Sequence record: PQ488502.1
DNA: 64,000 nucleotides
Source of the DNA: Escherichia phage BUCT632
Direction: 5' to 3' (one strand)
Position 1 is the first letter of the stretch, and each line of letters begins with the position of its first letter. A program made the translations under genes and the position numbers. The notes beneath the pieces are model-generated. The model saw only the letters and a program-made list of their open reading frames with translations. It was not told the origin of the DNA and did not search any database. Shown here in pieces: positions 34,931 to 44,613 of the stretch.

Positions 34931-35318
34931 TTTAGACCCTAGAATTAAATTTGCAATTACAGAAATCCAAGATCAAATTGATGAGGATTTCACTGTTTGG
35001 TCAAGGTCTGGTAATGGAGAATATTGCCAGCTTTATAGTATGAAAATGGGTATCTCAATTGAGCTTAATATCAACTCTGAAGGTAAAGTAGAAGCCCAAC
35101 CCATGTTCAGTATTCCAGGCTTCTCTGGATTTGTTGAAGGTATAAAACTATGCCTACCAAATAACCATCTTCATCGAGTTATTTGTCAGTTAGAGACTAT
35201 TAAGCATTTCTTGCCAGAGGGTAACATTAATGACTACTACCATGAAGTTGTAGCAGCTCATATGATGAAAGAACGCAAACGTCGGAGAGAAGAACGTGAA
35301 AAGACTAAACATCAATAG
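34923..35318 (+). CDS. hypothetical protein
   Basis: ORF starting MNNLDPRIKF. Confidence 0.45.
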   Translation: MNNLDPRIKFAITEIQDQIDEDFTVWSRSGNGEYCQLYSMKMGISIELNINSEGKVEAQPMFSIPGFSGFVEGIKLCLPNNHLHRVICQLETIKHFLPEGNINDYYHEVVAAHMMKERKRRREEREKTKHQ

Positions 35319-35592
35319 CACAGTGCAGATTCCAGCAACTAAGGATGTTTTAACATTCCTACGTAGTGAGAATACCCAGTTTTGGCATGACTATATTCAG
35401 GAAAATAAAAATAATCCAGATATAGTTGCCTTTGCAAAAAAACGTATCGAAGAATATAAAGATCCAGAGATTAAAGATGGGATGATCACTATGCAATTGT
35501 GGGTAGCCATGAATACGTTTGGCCCTACTATGAGTCTAGGAGTTACTCCACTGTTTACTAATATTCTAATTAATGAAAAGGATCTGAAATGA
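35296..35592 (+). CDS. hypothetical protein
   Basis: 98 aa ORF. Confidence 0.45.
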   Translation: MKRLNINSTVQIPATKDVLTFLRSENTQFWHDYIQENKNNPDIVAFAKKRIEEYKDPEIKDGMITMQLWVAMNTFGPTMSLGVTPLFTNILINEKDLK

Positions 35593-35873
35593 TTATCTCT
35601 CCATTTGCTCTTTGGTTCGTCATTGGATCTATAGTAGCTATTTACAGCTTGGTTGATGATCTGTATATTTCTAAGAATAAAGATGTAATATTATACGTTA
35701 TACATAAAACTCGACCGTTAGATCTGCCTCCTCTTGATGATAAAACATTACTCAGATGTGCTAGATCTATGATATTTATTGTAGATATTCTTCTAGGCCC
35801 AACATCTGTGTTTTTCTTTTATAGAAAGACTCGTAATATGAAAAAATTTAAAGCTGAAATGCAGAATACCTAA
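35589..35873 (+). CDS. hypothetical membrane protein
   Basis: 94 aa with hydrophobic N-terminus. Confidence 0.45.
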   Translation: MIISPFALWFVIGSIVAIYSLVDDLYISKNKDVILYVIHKTRPLDLPPLDDKTLLRCARSMIFIVDILLGPTSVFFFYRKTRNMKKFKAEMQNT

Positions 35874-35983
35874 AGAACTCGCGTAGGACCGAGTTGCGTC
35901 ACCTGCAACTGTTACGGATAAGGGAGTCGTGCCCCTTAGTGCGGTAAGTGGTGAGGTGGCTGCTAGCCATAACTGGAGATAAT

Positions 35984-36328
35984 ATGACTATATTACTAAT
36001 TCTTGTTACAACTTGGTTTTTAATCGGTGCTGTATATGCGATAGCTATTATTAGACATTTGGACGAATATTCTGCTGAATGGTTTATTAAGTATCTACGT
36101 ATTGATGATCAAGAACAGAAGTTTAAAGATGAAAAGCAGAAAAAAGCAGTAAATAATATGACAGCCAAAGAATGCTTGTTCTACATGCGTATTGTAGGGT
36201 TCTTTGGACTATTAGTTGCTGGCCCAATTGGTTCTACCATTGCTCCATATAAAGAAACAGTTGCTGACATCAAATTGTGGAGAAATGCAGGGGTACTACG
36301 CAAAGCTAGAGAAACTAATATTACATAA
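35984..36328 (+). CDS. hypothetical membrane protein
   Basis: ORF starting MTILLILVTTWFLIGAVYAIAII, two predicted TM segments. Confidence 0.45.
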   Translation: MTILLILVTTWFLIGAVYAIAIIRHLDEYSAEWFIKYLRIDDQEQKFKDEKQKKAVNNMTAKECLFYMRIVGFFGLLVAGPIGSTIAPYKETVADIKLWRNAGVLRKARETNIT

Positions 36329-36372
36329 GATTGATGCTAAATCAACTTACTAGCAAAAGCAAATAATGACAA

Positions 36373-36409
36373 AGCCCAGCCTGCACTTTTGCGACTGGGC
36401 TATTTTTAT
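36373..36409 (+). terminator. rho-independent terminator
   Basis: GCCCAG...CTGGGC hairpin plus TATTTTTAT. Confidence 0.55.
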
Positions 36410-36423
36410 AATAAAATTTTAGT

Positions 36424-36451
36424 TGCTTAGATGCCCAAACTTTTGTATAAT
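36424..36451 (+). promoter_or_regulatory. T5-type early promoter cassette
   Basis: TTGCTT-17-TATAAT. Confidence 0.55.
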
Positions 36452-36482
36452 ATGTTTATAGATTGAGGCAAGAGGATTAAAT

Positions 36483-37181
36483 ATGAGGATTATTTCTAAG
36501 TTCGCCGATGTGTATGATTTGCAGAACAGTTTGTTCGACCCAGATCGTGTGTGGGAACGTAAAACTGAGGAGTTGCTGGTTAAAGTAACTGATGATGCAG
36601 AAAAGAACATTGTGCATACTCGCCAGGTATTTCGTGATGGTTCACTATCCTTCCGTGGTGATTTCGAATATTTTGTAAACCCACTATTTGTTGCAGGTGA
36701 AGTTTACTGGTTGCACGAGCTGTACTGCTGGCATCCGGCATTTAGCTTCAAAACGTTCAACCTAGACACTATGTTCGATAAAATGGAAGAGATGGGATTG
36801 CATGCCCGCTCTTATTTAATGGATAAGAGTCGCGGAGATGTTCGTGAAACAATGCGTGATTTGCTCGCTGAAGCAAAACCTAAAGCAGAACGTATCTTAT
36901 CCGAACTGCGTGTACCGATTGCATATGTGAAAGGTATTAAAAAGAACGATAACGATGATGTTCGTAACTTCGTGATTCAGACTAACATTCGTTTCCATCA
37001 GTCAGGTATTCCGTGGCAGGAAATTGAAAGTAACTTATACCGTTTACACCAAGTTCTCGAACAGTATATCTTCGGTGTACTAGGAACTGGTGAGCCTGAT
37101 ATGATTAAAGTATCAGATAAAGACAGGTTAGCAGCGCATGGATTTGATACAAAAACTTCTTTCAGGAATATGGCACGGTAA
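36483..37181 (+). CDS. hypothetical protein
   Basis: 232 aa ORF. Confidence 0.55.
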   Translation: MRIISKFADVYDLQNSLFDPDRVWERKTEELLVKVTDDAEKNIVHTRQVFRDGSLSFRGDFEYFVNPLFVAGEVYWLHELYCWHPAFSFKTFNLDTMFDKMEEMGLHARSYLMDKSRGDVRETMRDLLAEAKPKAERILSELRVPIAYVKGIKKNDNDDVRNFVIQTNIRFHQSGIPWQEIESNLYRLHQVLEQYIFGVLGTGEPDMIKVSDKDRLAAHGFDTKTSFRNMAR

Positions 37182-37587
37182 GTGGTATATCCTGGGAGCA
37201 GGTCTAGCGATAGGCATCGGGTTCGGTGCTTATCACTTAGTAAATAAAGTGGAGACTTTGGCGGGAGATCTTGCGGTAGCTACTAAAAAGATTTCTTCTC
37301 TAGAGACTTCCCTTAACAAGGTGAAAGCTGAAAGCGAACTTCGTGAGACTAGAATGAATCAGTATTTCACGATGAATAATATTTCTCAAGCAGATCTAGA
37401 TAAGAAAATTAGTCAGCTTGATAAAGCACTTAGTCGTCAAGACATTATAGCTGCAAAGCCTAGATTGGTAACATTAATTGCTAAAAAGCAGGGTAAGGAG
37501 TTCGAGGAAAGATTAGCATGTTTAACTGGAAACTTGGAATACTGCTCGCAGCCGCAATCACAATCACAGGCTGTGCACAAGAAATAA
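37138..37587 (+). CDS. hypothetical membrane-anchored coiled-coil protein
   Basis: 149 aa, N-terminal TM helix; start uncertain. Confidence 0.45.
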   Translation: MDLIQKLLSGIWHGKWYILGAGLAIGIGFGAYHLVNKVETLAGDLAVATKKISSLETSLNKVKAESELRETRMNQYFTMNNISQADLDKKISQLDKALSRQDIIAAKPRLVTLIAKKQGKEFEERLACLTGNLEYCSQPQSQSQAVHKK

Positions 37588-37871
37588 AGACAGAATCTAC
37601 ACATGAGCTACCAACAGCTCATGTAGACTGGCCCAAAGGACTTCAACCTTGTAGCTTTGACTTTAAGTTTGAAAAGAAATTAGCTACAAATGGAGAAGAT
37701 GGCGTAGTAGTTGTTGTACCATATAAAGACTGGAATATGTTGGCAAAATGCCGTGAGGCAGAATATTCCTATATTTCACGACTGACTGGTATGGTTTGCT
37801 TCTATCGCCAAGATTTACAAGAAAAACGTTGCTTAGTTTACTATCCACCAATTAACAATAGGAAAGATTAA
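37518..37871 (+). CDS. putative lipoprotein
   Basis: signal peptide with lipobox-like ITGCAQE. Confidence 0.5.
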   Translation: MFNWKLGILLAAAITITGCAQEIKTESTHELPTAHVDWPKGLQPCSFDFKFEKKLATNGEDGVVVVVPYKDWNMLAKCREAEYSYISRLTGMVCFYRQDLQEKRCLVYYPPINNRKD

Positions 37872-38623
37872 TGTCAGTATTAGTCGGTTTACATGGTGAA
37901 GCTGGTTCGGGAAAAGATACTGTTGCAAAATTAATTATCGATTGGTGTAATGACACGTATCCAACGTGTTTACCCCGTCGTTACAGTTTTGCTAAGCCCG
38001 TTTATGAACTTGCATCCGTAATCCTCGGTGTAACTCCAGAGTTTCTAGGAGAGCGCAGGGGAAAAGAGGTTGACCAATGGTTTACAGTCACACAATCTCA
38101 ATTGGAGCGAGCCAGAGATGTGTGGTTTAAGTACGGTATCGATAAGTTTGAAGACTTCTCGTACGTTTGGCCTATTTTTGAGGAAAAATATCTTAATCCT
38201 CAACAACTTATCTCAGAGAATAAAGAAGACGGACTTTATAGTTTATTTATTTCTCCGAGAAAAATGTTACAGCTCGTAGGGACAGAGCTAGGAAGGCAGC
38301 TGGTGCATGAACGCATTTGGCTCATAATTCTGGAGCAATCCATCGCTAAAGACGACCCAGATGTCGCCGTAATAACAGATGTTAGATTCCCCAATGAAGG
38401 AGAGCTACTCAGAGAAACAAACCATTTAGATATGGATTCTTTGATAGTAAATGTAGTACCCGCTGAGCAGAAGTTCACTATTAAATCAGATCATCCATCT
38501 GAAAGTGGTATTCCTGCAAAATATATTACTCACGAATTAGTTAATAAATTCGATGGTATCAATAACCTTAAACTAGAAGTTTATAACTTCTGTGACTTAG
38601 AGCTAGAACCACTAGTAGGATAA
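37871..38623 (+). CDS. deoxynucleoside monophosphate kinase-like P-loop protein
   Basis: N-terminal Walker A GLHGEAGSGKDT; 250 aa. Confidence 0.6.
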   Translation: MSVLVGLHGEAGSGKDTVAKLIIDWCNDTYPTCLPRRYSFAKPVYELASVILGVTPEFLGERRGKEVDQWFTVTQSQLERARDVWFKYGIDKFEDFSYVWPIFEEKYLNPQQLISENKEDGLYSLFISPRKMLQLVGTELGRQLVHERIWLIILEQSIAKDDPDVAVITDVRFPNEGELLRETNHLDMDSLIVNVVPAEQKFTIKSDHPSESGIPAKYITHELVNKFDGINNLKLEVYNFCDLELEPLVG

Positions 38624-38635
38624 TCAAGGATCGCT

Positions 38636-39235
38636 ATGACTAATAAAAAAGAAGAAAAGACTAACCTGTTTCACTCCATTCGCCAATCTAACGAGTATAC
38701 CTTTTTCTTTGATGAAGAATTAGGGCCGCCGGATGAATACCGTGATTTATCAATGGTACTTATGCAGGCAAATGAGGACGACGAAATTAATCTGATGATT
38801 AATGGCCCGGGTGGTTATGTTGATACTGCTGCACAGTTATCTAACTTAATTGCTAATTGCCGTGGAACAGTTATAGGACATCTGATTGGTCCTAGTGCTT
38901 CTGCTTACTGCACAATTTTCCTATCCTGTCATGGATGGGTAGTACATCCACATGCTACGCTAATGGGACACACGTTCTCTGGCGGGTTCTGTGAGAAAGG
39001 TCAAGAAATCAAGAAAGCCTATGAATCTTACAACAAGTTTGTAGAAGATATGATGCTAGATGTCTACTATCCATTTTTCTCAATAGATGAAATCGACGAG
39101 ATGGTAAAAGACAACAAAAATATCTATCTAGATAGCAAAGAAATCCATAAGCGTATTGAAATCTTGGCAAAATATCGATCTGAGCAATATAATAAAGCCC
39201 AGTTACCTCAATCCGGGGAGCACAACGAAGAGTAA
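38636..39235 (+). CDS. ClpP-like serine protease
   Basis: ClpP-like motif order GPGGYV...GPSASAY...HPHATLMGH (Ser/His candidates). Confidence 0.55.
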   Translation: MTNKKEEKTNLFHSIRQSNEYTFFFDEELGPPDEYRDLSMVLMQANEDDEINLMINGPGGYVDTAAQLSNLIANCRGTVIGHLIGPSASAYCTIFLSCHGWVVHPHATLMGHTFSGGFCEKGQEIKKAYESYNKFVEDMMLDVYYPFFSIDEIDEMVKDNKNIYLDSKEIHKRIEILAKYRSEQYNKAQLPQSGEHNEE

Positions 39236-39245
39236 GTAATTTTAA

Positions 39246-39278
39246 GCCAGGGTTTAACGACCCTGGCTTTTCTTTTAT
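39246..39278 (+). terminator. rho-independent terminator
   Basis: AGCCAGGGT...ACCCTGGCT hairpin plus T-run. Confidence 0.65.
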
Positions 39279-39391
39279 CTAAAATTCTTCTTGACAACGA
39301 CAAAATTTTATGCTCCAGAAGTGATCTTTAAAAACACATTGTAATTTTCCTCCAAAATTAGTATAATGGTACTGGTTAGAGGAGGTTACAA

Positions 39392-40048
39392 TTGGAAAAG
39401 TTCTTACAATTATTAACGGTACTGCTCCAAGAAGCGAAAGATCCAGCATCGCTTCTTAAACGTCTGCTAACTATCTTAGTTGCTGTCATTATTTTCTTAT
39501 TTGTTAGTAATACTAGCGAGGTGATGTCATTCTTAAAGACTTTCTCCACGTCTGCGGTTCTACAGGATGTTCAAACTCAAAGGATAGATAACTTTCCTAA
39601 TGTAGCTAGAGAGAAGAGCATGGTACTCTTTTCTCAAACGGGTGCGGATGCTGTTTTTGTCGTCAAGTATAAACCCGATGCCATTAATGATTATTCTAAC
39701 ATTATTGCATGGGAAAGCAATGCGCAATTAGATAGGGCTGACTTGGCCGATAAAGCGGTAAATAAAACGTCTGAGCTATATAGACGTCACTTGGAAGGCT
39801 TTAACTACGCATCGGATTTAAGTGTAAAAGTAAATAAATACATGGGGTTAAATATACCTGCGTTTAAGAACGTTACTTTTAATTACATATACACTTGTCC
39901 GTATTTCAATCTAAACAATATCTATGCTGGATATATTGGTATTGCTTGGAAAGATAATCCTGTAGATGCAGCCGATTCTGAGAAATTTAACGAGTATTTA
40001 ACAAAGCTCTGTTCCCCACAACAGAGATCTTTAGGTAGATCAATATGA
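39392..40048 (+). CDS. putative holin/membrane protein (TTG start)
   Basis: 218 aa with N-terminal TM helix, directly upstream of endolysin-like gene. Confidence 0.45.
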   Translation: MEKFLQLLTVLLQEAKDPASLLKRLLTILVAVIIFLFVSNTSEVMSFLKTFSTSAVLQDVQTQRIDNFPNVAREKSMVLFSQTGADAVFVVKYKPDAINDYSNIIAWESNAQLDRADLADKAVNKTSELYRRHLEGFNYASDLSVKVNKYMGLNIPAFKNVTFNYIYTCPYFNLNNIYAGYIGIAWKDNPVDAADSEKFNEYLTKLCSPQQRSLGRSI

Positions 40049-40458
40049 GTTTTAAATTTGGTAAAAATAGCGAAAAACAATTAGCTACCGTTAAGCCAGA
40101 GCTACAAAAAGTAGCTCGTAGAGCTTTAGAATTATCTCCGTATGATTTCACGATCGTACAGGGTATTCGTACAGTAGCACAAAGTGCCCAGAATATTGCT
40201 AATGGTACTTCATTTTTAAAAGATCCTAGTAAAAGCAAGCATATTACTGGGGATGCCCTTGATTTTGCTCCATACATTAATGGCAAAATTGATTGGAATG
40301 ATTTAGAAGCATTTTGGGCAGTTAAAAAGGCTTTTGAACAAGCTGGTAAAGAACTGGGCATTAAACTTCGCTTTGGTGCTGATTGGAATGCTTCGGGAGA
40401 TTATCACGATGAAATAAAACGTGGTACCTATGATGGCGGTCATGTCGAACTAGTTTAA
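40045..40458 (+). CDS. putative endolysin (M15-type peptidase-like)
   Basis: 137 aa; His/Asp-containing motifs HITGDALDF, GDYHDE; size and context match T5 endolysin (from memory). Confidence 0.55.
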   Translation: MSFKFGKNSEKQLATVKPELQKVARRALELSPYDFTIVQGIRTVAQSAQNIANGTSFLKDPSKSKHITGDALDFAPYINGKIDWNDLEAFWAVKKAFEQAGKELGIKLRFGADWNASGDYHDEIKRGTYDGGHVELV

Positions 40459-40469
40459 TTAATAACTGA

Positions 40470-40492
40470 GGCGGGAATATTCCCGCCTTTTT
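40470..40492 (+). terminator. rho-independent terminator
   Basis: GGCGGGA-ATAT-TCCCGCC hairpin plus TTTTT. Confidence 0.65.
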
Positions 40493-40535
40493 AGGCAAAG
40501 GGGGCTTTAATAATTTTTGAAGATAGGAGAAAGCC

Positions 40536-40952
40536 ATGTTTGCAGAACTATTCACTATGATGCTGCTAGGTATCTGGAAAATAAGTCTAGTAGTATTCGT
40601 TTTAATGATAGTCTTTACTATCCTTGCATTAACTACCCGAAATAGCTTATTAATAAAGGTTATTCACGGACTAGAGTATATAATTATGGGTTCATTCGGC
40701 GTTTGTAAATGCAATTGCCATAGAGATACGAAATATTGTTGGTTATGGATGGAACTAGAGAATCCTATATCCATAGCTTTGGCTGTTTCATTCGGTATGA
40801 TTCTTATGGCCCTTACTCTAGCATTAATACCTTTGATGTTAGCTGGGGGAGTTACAGCGTATTTCACCCTTTTCTCCCCGATACTTATGTACTCAATTTA
40901 CCCAATAACTATGTATCTAGTTAGGAAAAGATTTATACATGTAGTAGATTAA
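40536..40952 (+). CDS. hypothetical multi-pass membrane protein
   Basis: 138 aa, 3-4 hydrophobic segments. Confidence 0.5.
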   Translation: MFAELFTMMLLGIWKISLVVFVLMIVFTILALTTRNSLLIKVIHGLEYIIMGSFGVCKCNCHRDTKYCWLWMELENPISIALAVSFGMILMALTLALIPLMLAGGVTAYFTLFSPILMYSIYPITMYLVRKRFIHVVD

Positions 40953-40965
40953 GATAAAAAAGTAG

Positions 40966-40994
40966 TTGACTTTTAGTCCTAGTTATTATATAAT
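40966..40994 (+). promoter_or_regulatory. T5-type early promoter cassette
   Basis: TTGACT-17-TATAAT then CATAAATTAGTTAAGAGAGG leader. Confidence 0.6.
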
Positions 40995-41027
40995 ATATAC
41001 ATAAATTAGTTAAGAGAGGTATATATT

Positions 41028-41459
41028 ATGTCTGATCGTTTCTATACTCAAATGGCGGAACATTTTCGTATACCACATTACGAGCTAAACATTGCACTCC
41101 GTGATCATGACTCTCCTGAGTACAAAAAGCTCGAAAAGAAAGCGGAAAAATCTATTGATACAAAGGTAGGTGCATCTATGTCTAAGGGCAAAAAGTTAAC
41201 TCGTCTTGATCTTAATAAAATTTTAACTGAACTTTTGGGTACTGATATTGAAGGTGCTAAATTACCGCTTCTTGTACTAGAGACTATGATTAAAAAGGTC
41301 AAAAATAAAGAGTATAAAAAGGTAGAAGTCCCAGAAGGCAGATTAAAAGCTCCTTATCAGGAAGCATTAACCGAGTGTTTGGGTGTAAATCTTGATCTAA
41401 GCACTGCAACCGTAAAAACTATGAGAAACTTCTTAGAGGCCATTAATAACTATGAGTAA
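41028..41459 (+). CDS. hypothetical protein
   Basis: 143 aa ORF. Confidence 0.5.
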   Translation: MSDRFYTQMAEHFRIPHYELNIALRDHDSPEYKKLEKKAEKSIDTKVGASMSKGKKLTRLDLNKILTELLGTDIEGAKLPLLVLETMIKKVKNKEYKKVEVPEGRLKAPYQEALTECLGVNLDLSTATVKTMRNFLEAINNYE

Positions 41460-41742
41460 ATTAGTATATCTATTGAAAGGTTCCACTTGCAATCCTTGCA
41501 AAATGTTTGAGCCAGTATTTGATAAAGTAGTCAATGACTATAATTTGGAAATCCATAAAGAGACTGATAATACAGAATTAATGCAGAAATTTGGTGTGCG
41601 CCAAGTTCCTGTAGTAGTTCTGGCGGATCGCTTACCTAATGGTCGAGTAGAAGCTAATCATATTCTGATTGGACGTCAGCTTCGTAAAGAAACTATGCAC
41701 GAAGCTATTAAAAATTTCCTGGATGATAATCCAGAGGACTAA
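41452..41742 (+). CDS. thioredoxin/glutaredoxin-like protein
   Basis: CNPC redox motif near N-terminus, 96 aa. Confidence 0.5.
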   Translation: MSKLVYLLKGSTCNPCKMFEPVFDKVVNDYNLEIHKETDNTELMQKFGVRQVPVVVLADRLPNGRVEANHILIGRQLRKETMHEAIKNFLDDNPED

Positions 41743-41750
41743 TAAACAAA

Positions 41751-41781
41751 GCCTGATCTTAGCTGATCAGGCTTTTATTTT
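41751..41781 (+). terminator. rho-independent terminator
   Basis: GCCTGATC...GATCAGGC hairpin plus TTTTATTTT. Confidence 0.65.
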
Positions 41782-41783
41782 AC

Positions 41784-41812
41784 TTGCTTTTTGCTAAAAA
41801 TTTTGGTATAAT
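41784..41812 (+). promoter_or_regulatory. T5-type early promoter cassette
   Basis: TTGCTT-17-TATAAT. Confidence 0.6.
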
Positions 41813-41921
41813 ACTTATATAAATTGATGAGAGACATTAATATGATTATGTCACATATCTTTGTATGGATTTTAGTCATATTAATGGCTTTCTTTGTCCT
41901 TCAAGAAATAGGAGTATTACG

Positions 41922-42299
41922 ATGAACTATGCATATCTTATTATTAATAATAATGTAGTTTGTGGTACTCGCGCCGTTGAGATGGGTATTACAGAAGAAA
42001 AGTATAAGTCACTTCCAGAAAAGGAACAACAATATTATGTTGAAGAAGCTGCTTGGGAATATGCTGATGTTTATCCCGAACAACGTGAAGATCGCGTTAC
42101 TATTGTTGTTTCTTTGGGGTTGGTTGGCTGTGATACCGAAGTTGATACAGACCTAGAGACTTTAGAAGAATGGGGAGAATTAGACATTTTAGCTAAAAAC
42201 TCTTTAATCCGTGAGGCTTTTTGGGAAGCAGTTGACTGCCATGTTGTCTTTGAGCCTAACGATGAGGAAGCTGAGAAGCATACTAATCACTGGAGATAA
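41922..42299 (+). CDS. hypothetical acidic protein
   Basis: ORF starting MNYAYLIINN after GGAG RBS. Confidence 0.45.
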   Translation: MNYAYLIINNNVVCGTRAVEMGITEEKYKSLPEKEQQYYVEEAAWEYADVYPEQREDRVTIVVSLGLVGCDTEVDTDLETLEEWGELDILAKNSLIREAFWEAVDCHVVFEPNDEEAEKHTNHWR

Positions 42300-42303
42300 T
42301 TAA

Positions 42304-42549
42304 ATGTTAGCAGAACAAGCAAAACGTTTAACCAGAATAAATAGAGCTGCACTTCTTAAGAGCAGAAAGAAATCATATAAGTATGTTAAAAAGAGAATAG
42401 TTTCTTCTGTGGAGATTGGGGGTTCTTTTGTACAGTTTAATCGTGATGAAATTAGTTATGAAGCTATAAAAGCCCTCTATAAAGAGGGTTATACTCTCCA
42501 ACTATCTAATGATTATGGCACAACTATTTTAACTGTTATTTGGGAATAA
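42304..42549 (+). CDS. hypothetical protein
   Basis: 81 aa ORF. Confidence 0.45.
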   Translation: MLAEQAKRLTRINRAALLKSRKKSYKYVKKRIVSSVEIGGSFVQFNRDEISYEAIKALYKEGYTLQLSNDYGTTILTVIWE

Positions 42550-43415
42550 TTATGAAAAAAGAATTTAATGTACATAAAACTCTAGTAGTGCCTGATGACG
42601 CCAACTTATTTTTCGTTGGTGATATTCATGGATGCAATGATTTGCTAGAAGATGCGTTGAAATTAGCAGGGTATAATGGCAAAAAAGATTGCTTAGTATG
42701 TGTTGGTGACTTAATTGACCGAGGCACACAAAACCTACAAGTTTTAGCCAAATTCCTGTATAATCCACATTTTATCAGTGTCCGTGGTAATCATGACCAA
42801 TTTATGATTGCAGGAGATTGGGCTAATTGGATGTATAACGGTGGTATGTGGGCTATGGATGAGCTGGATGCAGACACCATTAAAAATATTGCCGAAGATA
42901 TGGCTGAAAAAATGCCAGTATTCCTAACTGTTAGACATCGTGGTAAGAAGTATGGTGTTGTTCACGGTGGCGTACCTTTTACGTACAAAGAATGTGGTAA
43001 TGAAGTAGAAACCCCAATATGGGATAATCTTATTGCACAAGTAGAAGCAGCTAAGGAAGACCCACATGACCATCCTGGATACCATATTGAACCATATTTA
43101 TGGGATCGAGATGTAATCCAAGAAATAGGCTTCTACTTGTCCAAAAATGGTGAAGAACACCCGTATTTCCAGCGTTATGCAGGATTTAAAGAAAAATATA
43201 TGGTAGAAGTGCCAGAGGTTAAAGGGGTAGATTTCGTATTTCACGGACATACTGGGGTTCCTTACCCACTTCTTTATAAAAACCGTGTTTATCTTGATAC
43301 TGGCGGTGTTTTCAACGGGCAGTTGACGATTGCGCAAGTTAATGATGAAACGGGTAAAATCACCACATTTACTACACTCCGGGAAGATAGCTGTGGTGTA
43401 CAGAGGGTTCTTTAA
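42540..43415 (+). CDS. Ser/Thr protein phosphatase (metallophosphatase)
   Basis: calcineurin-like motifs GDIHGC, GDLIDRG, GNHD. Confidence 0.7.
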   Translation: MGIIMKKEFNVHKTLVVPDDANLFFVGDIHGCNDLLEDALKLAGYNGKKDCLVCVGDLIDRGTQNLQVLAKFLYNPHFISVRGNHDQFMIAGDWANWMYNGGMWAMDELDADTIKNIAEDMAEKMPVFLTVRHRGKKYGVVHGGVPFTYKECGNEVETPIWDNLIAQVEAAKEDPHDHPGYHIEPYLWDRDVIQEIGFYLSKNGEEHPYFQRYAGFKEKYMVEVPEVKGVDFVFHGHTGVPYPLLYKNRVYLDTGGVFNGQLTIAQVNDETGKITTFTTLREDSCGVQRVL

Positions 43416-43936
43416 TGAAAGTTCGCTTTTGGAGTGATCTCCACTTGTGGCATGCAAATATTACTAAATTCAGACCAATCTTCTCTACTATGGAAGAGCA
43501 TGACGAATTTATTATGGATACTATTACATCCGTGAAAGATAAGCGTACAGTATTCTATATTTTAGGAGACGCATTTGTATCTAGAAATGGTTTGGAGAAG
43601 TTCGAAAAACTCTTTGGCAATGTTAGAACTACGTTAGTTTTGGGAAACCACGACTTAGAACGAGAAGGATTATCTTTCAAAGACTTAATAGGGATTGTAG
43701 ATAATGTACAATCACTAGTTAAGTATAAAAACTTCTGGCTTTCCCATGCTCCAATACACCATGGGGAGCTGAGAGGTAAGAAGAACTTACATGGGCATAC
43801 TCACTTTGAGCTAATGGGGGATCCTCGTTATATTAACGTTTGTGTCGAGTATGCAAAATCACCAGTACGTCTGGAAGACATCATGAGTGGTAAGTATACC
43901 TCACATGATAAAACTAGCTGGATGTTAAATGTCTGA
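43415..43936 (+). CDS. calcineurin-like metallophosphoesterase
   Basis: GNHD and GHTH motifs; overlapping start with upstream phosphatase. Confidence 0.55.
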   Translation: MKVRFWSDLHLWHANITKFRPIFSTMEEHDEFIMDTITSVKDKRTVFYILGDAFVSRNGLEKFEKLFGNVRTTLVLGNHDLEREGLSFKDLIGIVDNVQSLVKYKNFWLSHAPIHHGELRGKKNLHGHTHFELMGDPRYINVCVEYAKSPVRLEDIMSGKYTSHDKTSWMLNV

Positions 43937-44044
43937 GTATATAGCTGAGGCTATTATTAAACGAATCATACAAGCGATAGCAATACTTATAATCATTTAT
44001 ATTGCTATTGGCACAGGATTAGGCATTTTAATTAAAAGTTTTAT

Positions 44045-44073
44045 TTGCTAAAATGCTTAAGTTTCTGTATAAT
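44045..44073 (+). promoter_or_regulatory. T5-type early promoter cassette
   Basis: TTGCTA-17-TATAAT. Confidence 0.6.
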
Positions 44074-44103
44074 TACTTTATAAATTGATGAGAGGGAATC
44101 AAA

Positions 44104-44535
44104 ATGAACAAAGTTGATAAAGCTCTAGTTTTCGCAGCAGCAGATAAGTTTGAACAAGTTAAGGCAACTTTCCGAACCTTATTCCAGTCTTACGTTCAGG
44201 ATAAGTCTAACCCTATCTCTGAACGTTTGATGGTCTGGGAATGTCATGCTTGCAATGCCCTATTAATTGCTGATTATCGTAGCGATATAGATAAAGATCT
44301 GTGCGAAATTCTTATCCCTGAGGAGGCAGAACGTTATCAGTTAATCTCTTTCCAAGATTTGGCGGAGCATATCATTCCTGATGATCTTTGGGATAAATAC
44401 TATGGTGATCCTGAAGATGAAGGAATGACTCCAGAAGCCTGTATTGAGCTGATCTGCAAAGATCATCCTGAAATTGCAGAGAAATTTGAAAAAGTTTTTG
44501 CTTCTGAGTTCTCCGGCGTTGTTAACGATTGGTAA
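44104..44535 (+). CDS. hypothetical acidic protein
   Basis: 143 aa ORF. Confidence 0.5.
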   Translation: MNKVDKALVFAAADKFEQVKATFRTLFQSYVQDKSNPISERLMVWECHACNALLIADYRSDIDKDLCEILIPEEAERYQLISFQDLAEHIIPDDLWDKYYGDPEDEGMTPEACIELICKDHPEIAEKFEKVFASEFSGVVNDW

Positions 44536-44552
44536 GTAATTAAAAAATTCAG

Positions 44553-44581
44553 TTGCTTTAAGCCTTAAAATTCTGTATAAT
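44553..44581 (+). promoter_or_regulatory. T5-type early promoter cassette
   Basis: AAAAAATTCAGTTGCTT..17..TATAAT. Confidence 0.6.
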
Positions 44582-44613
44582 AAGTTCATAAATTAATGAG
44601 AGAGGAAATTCTA

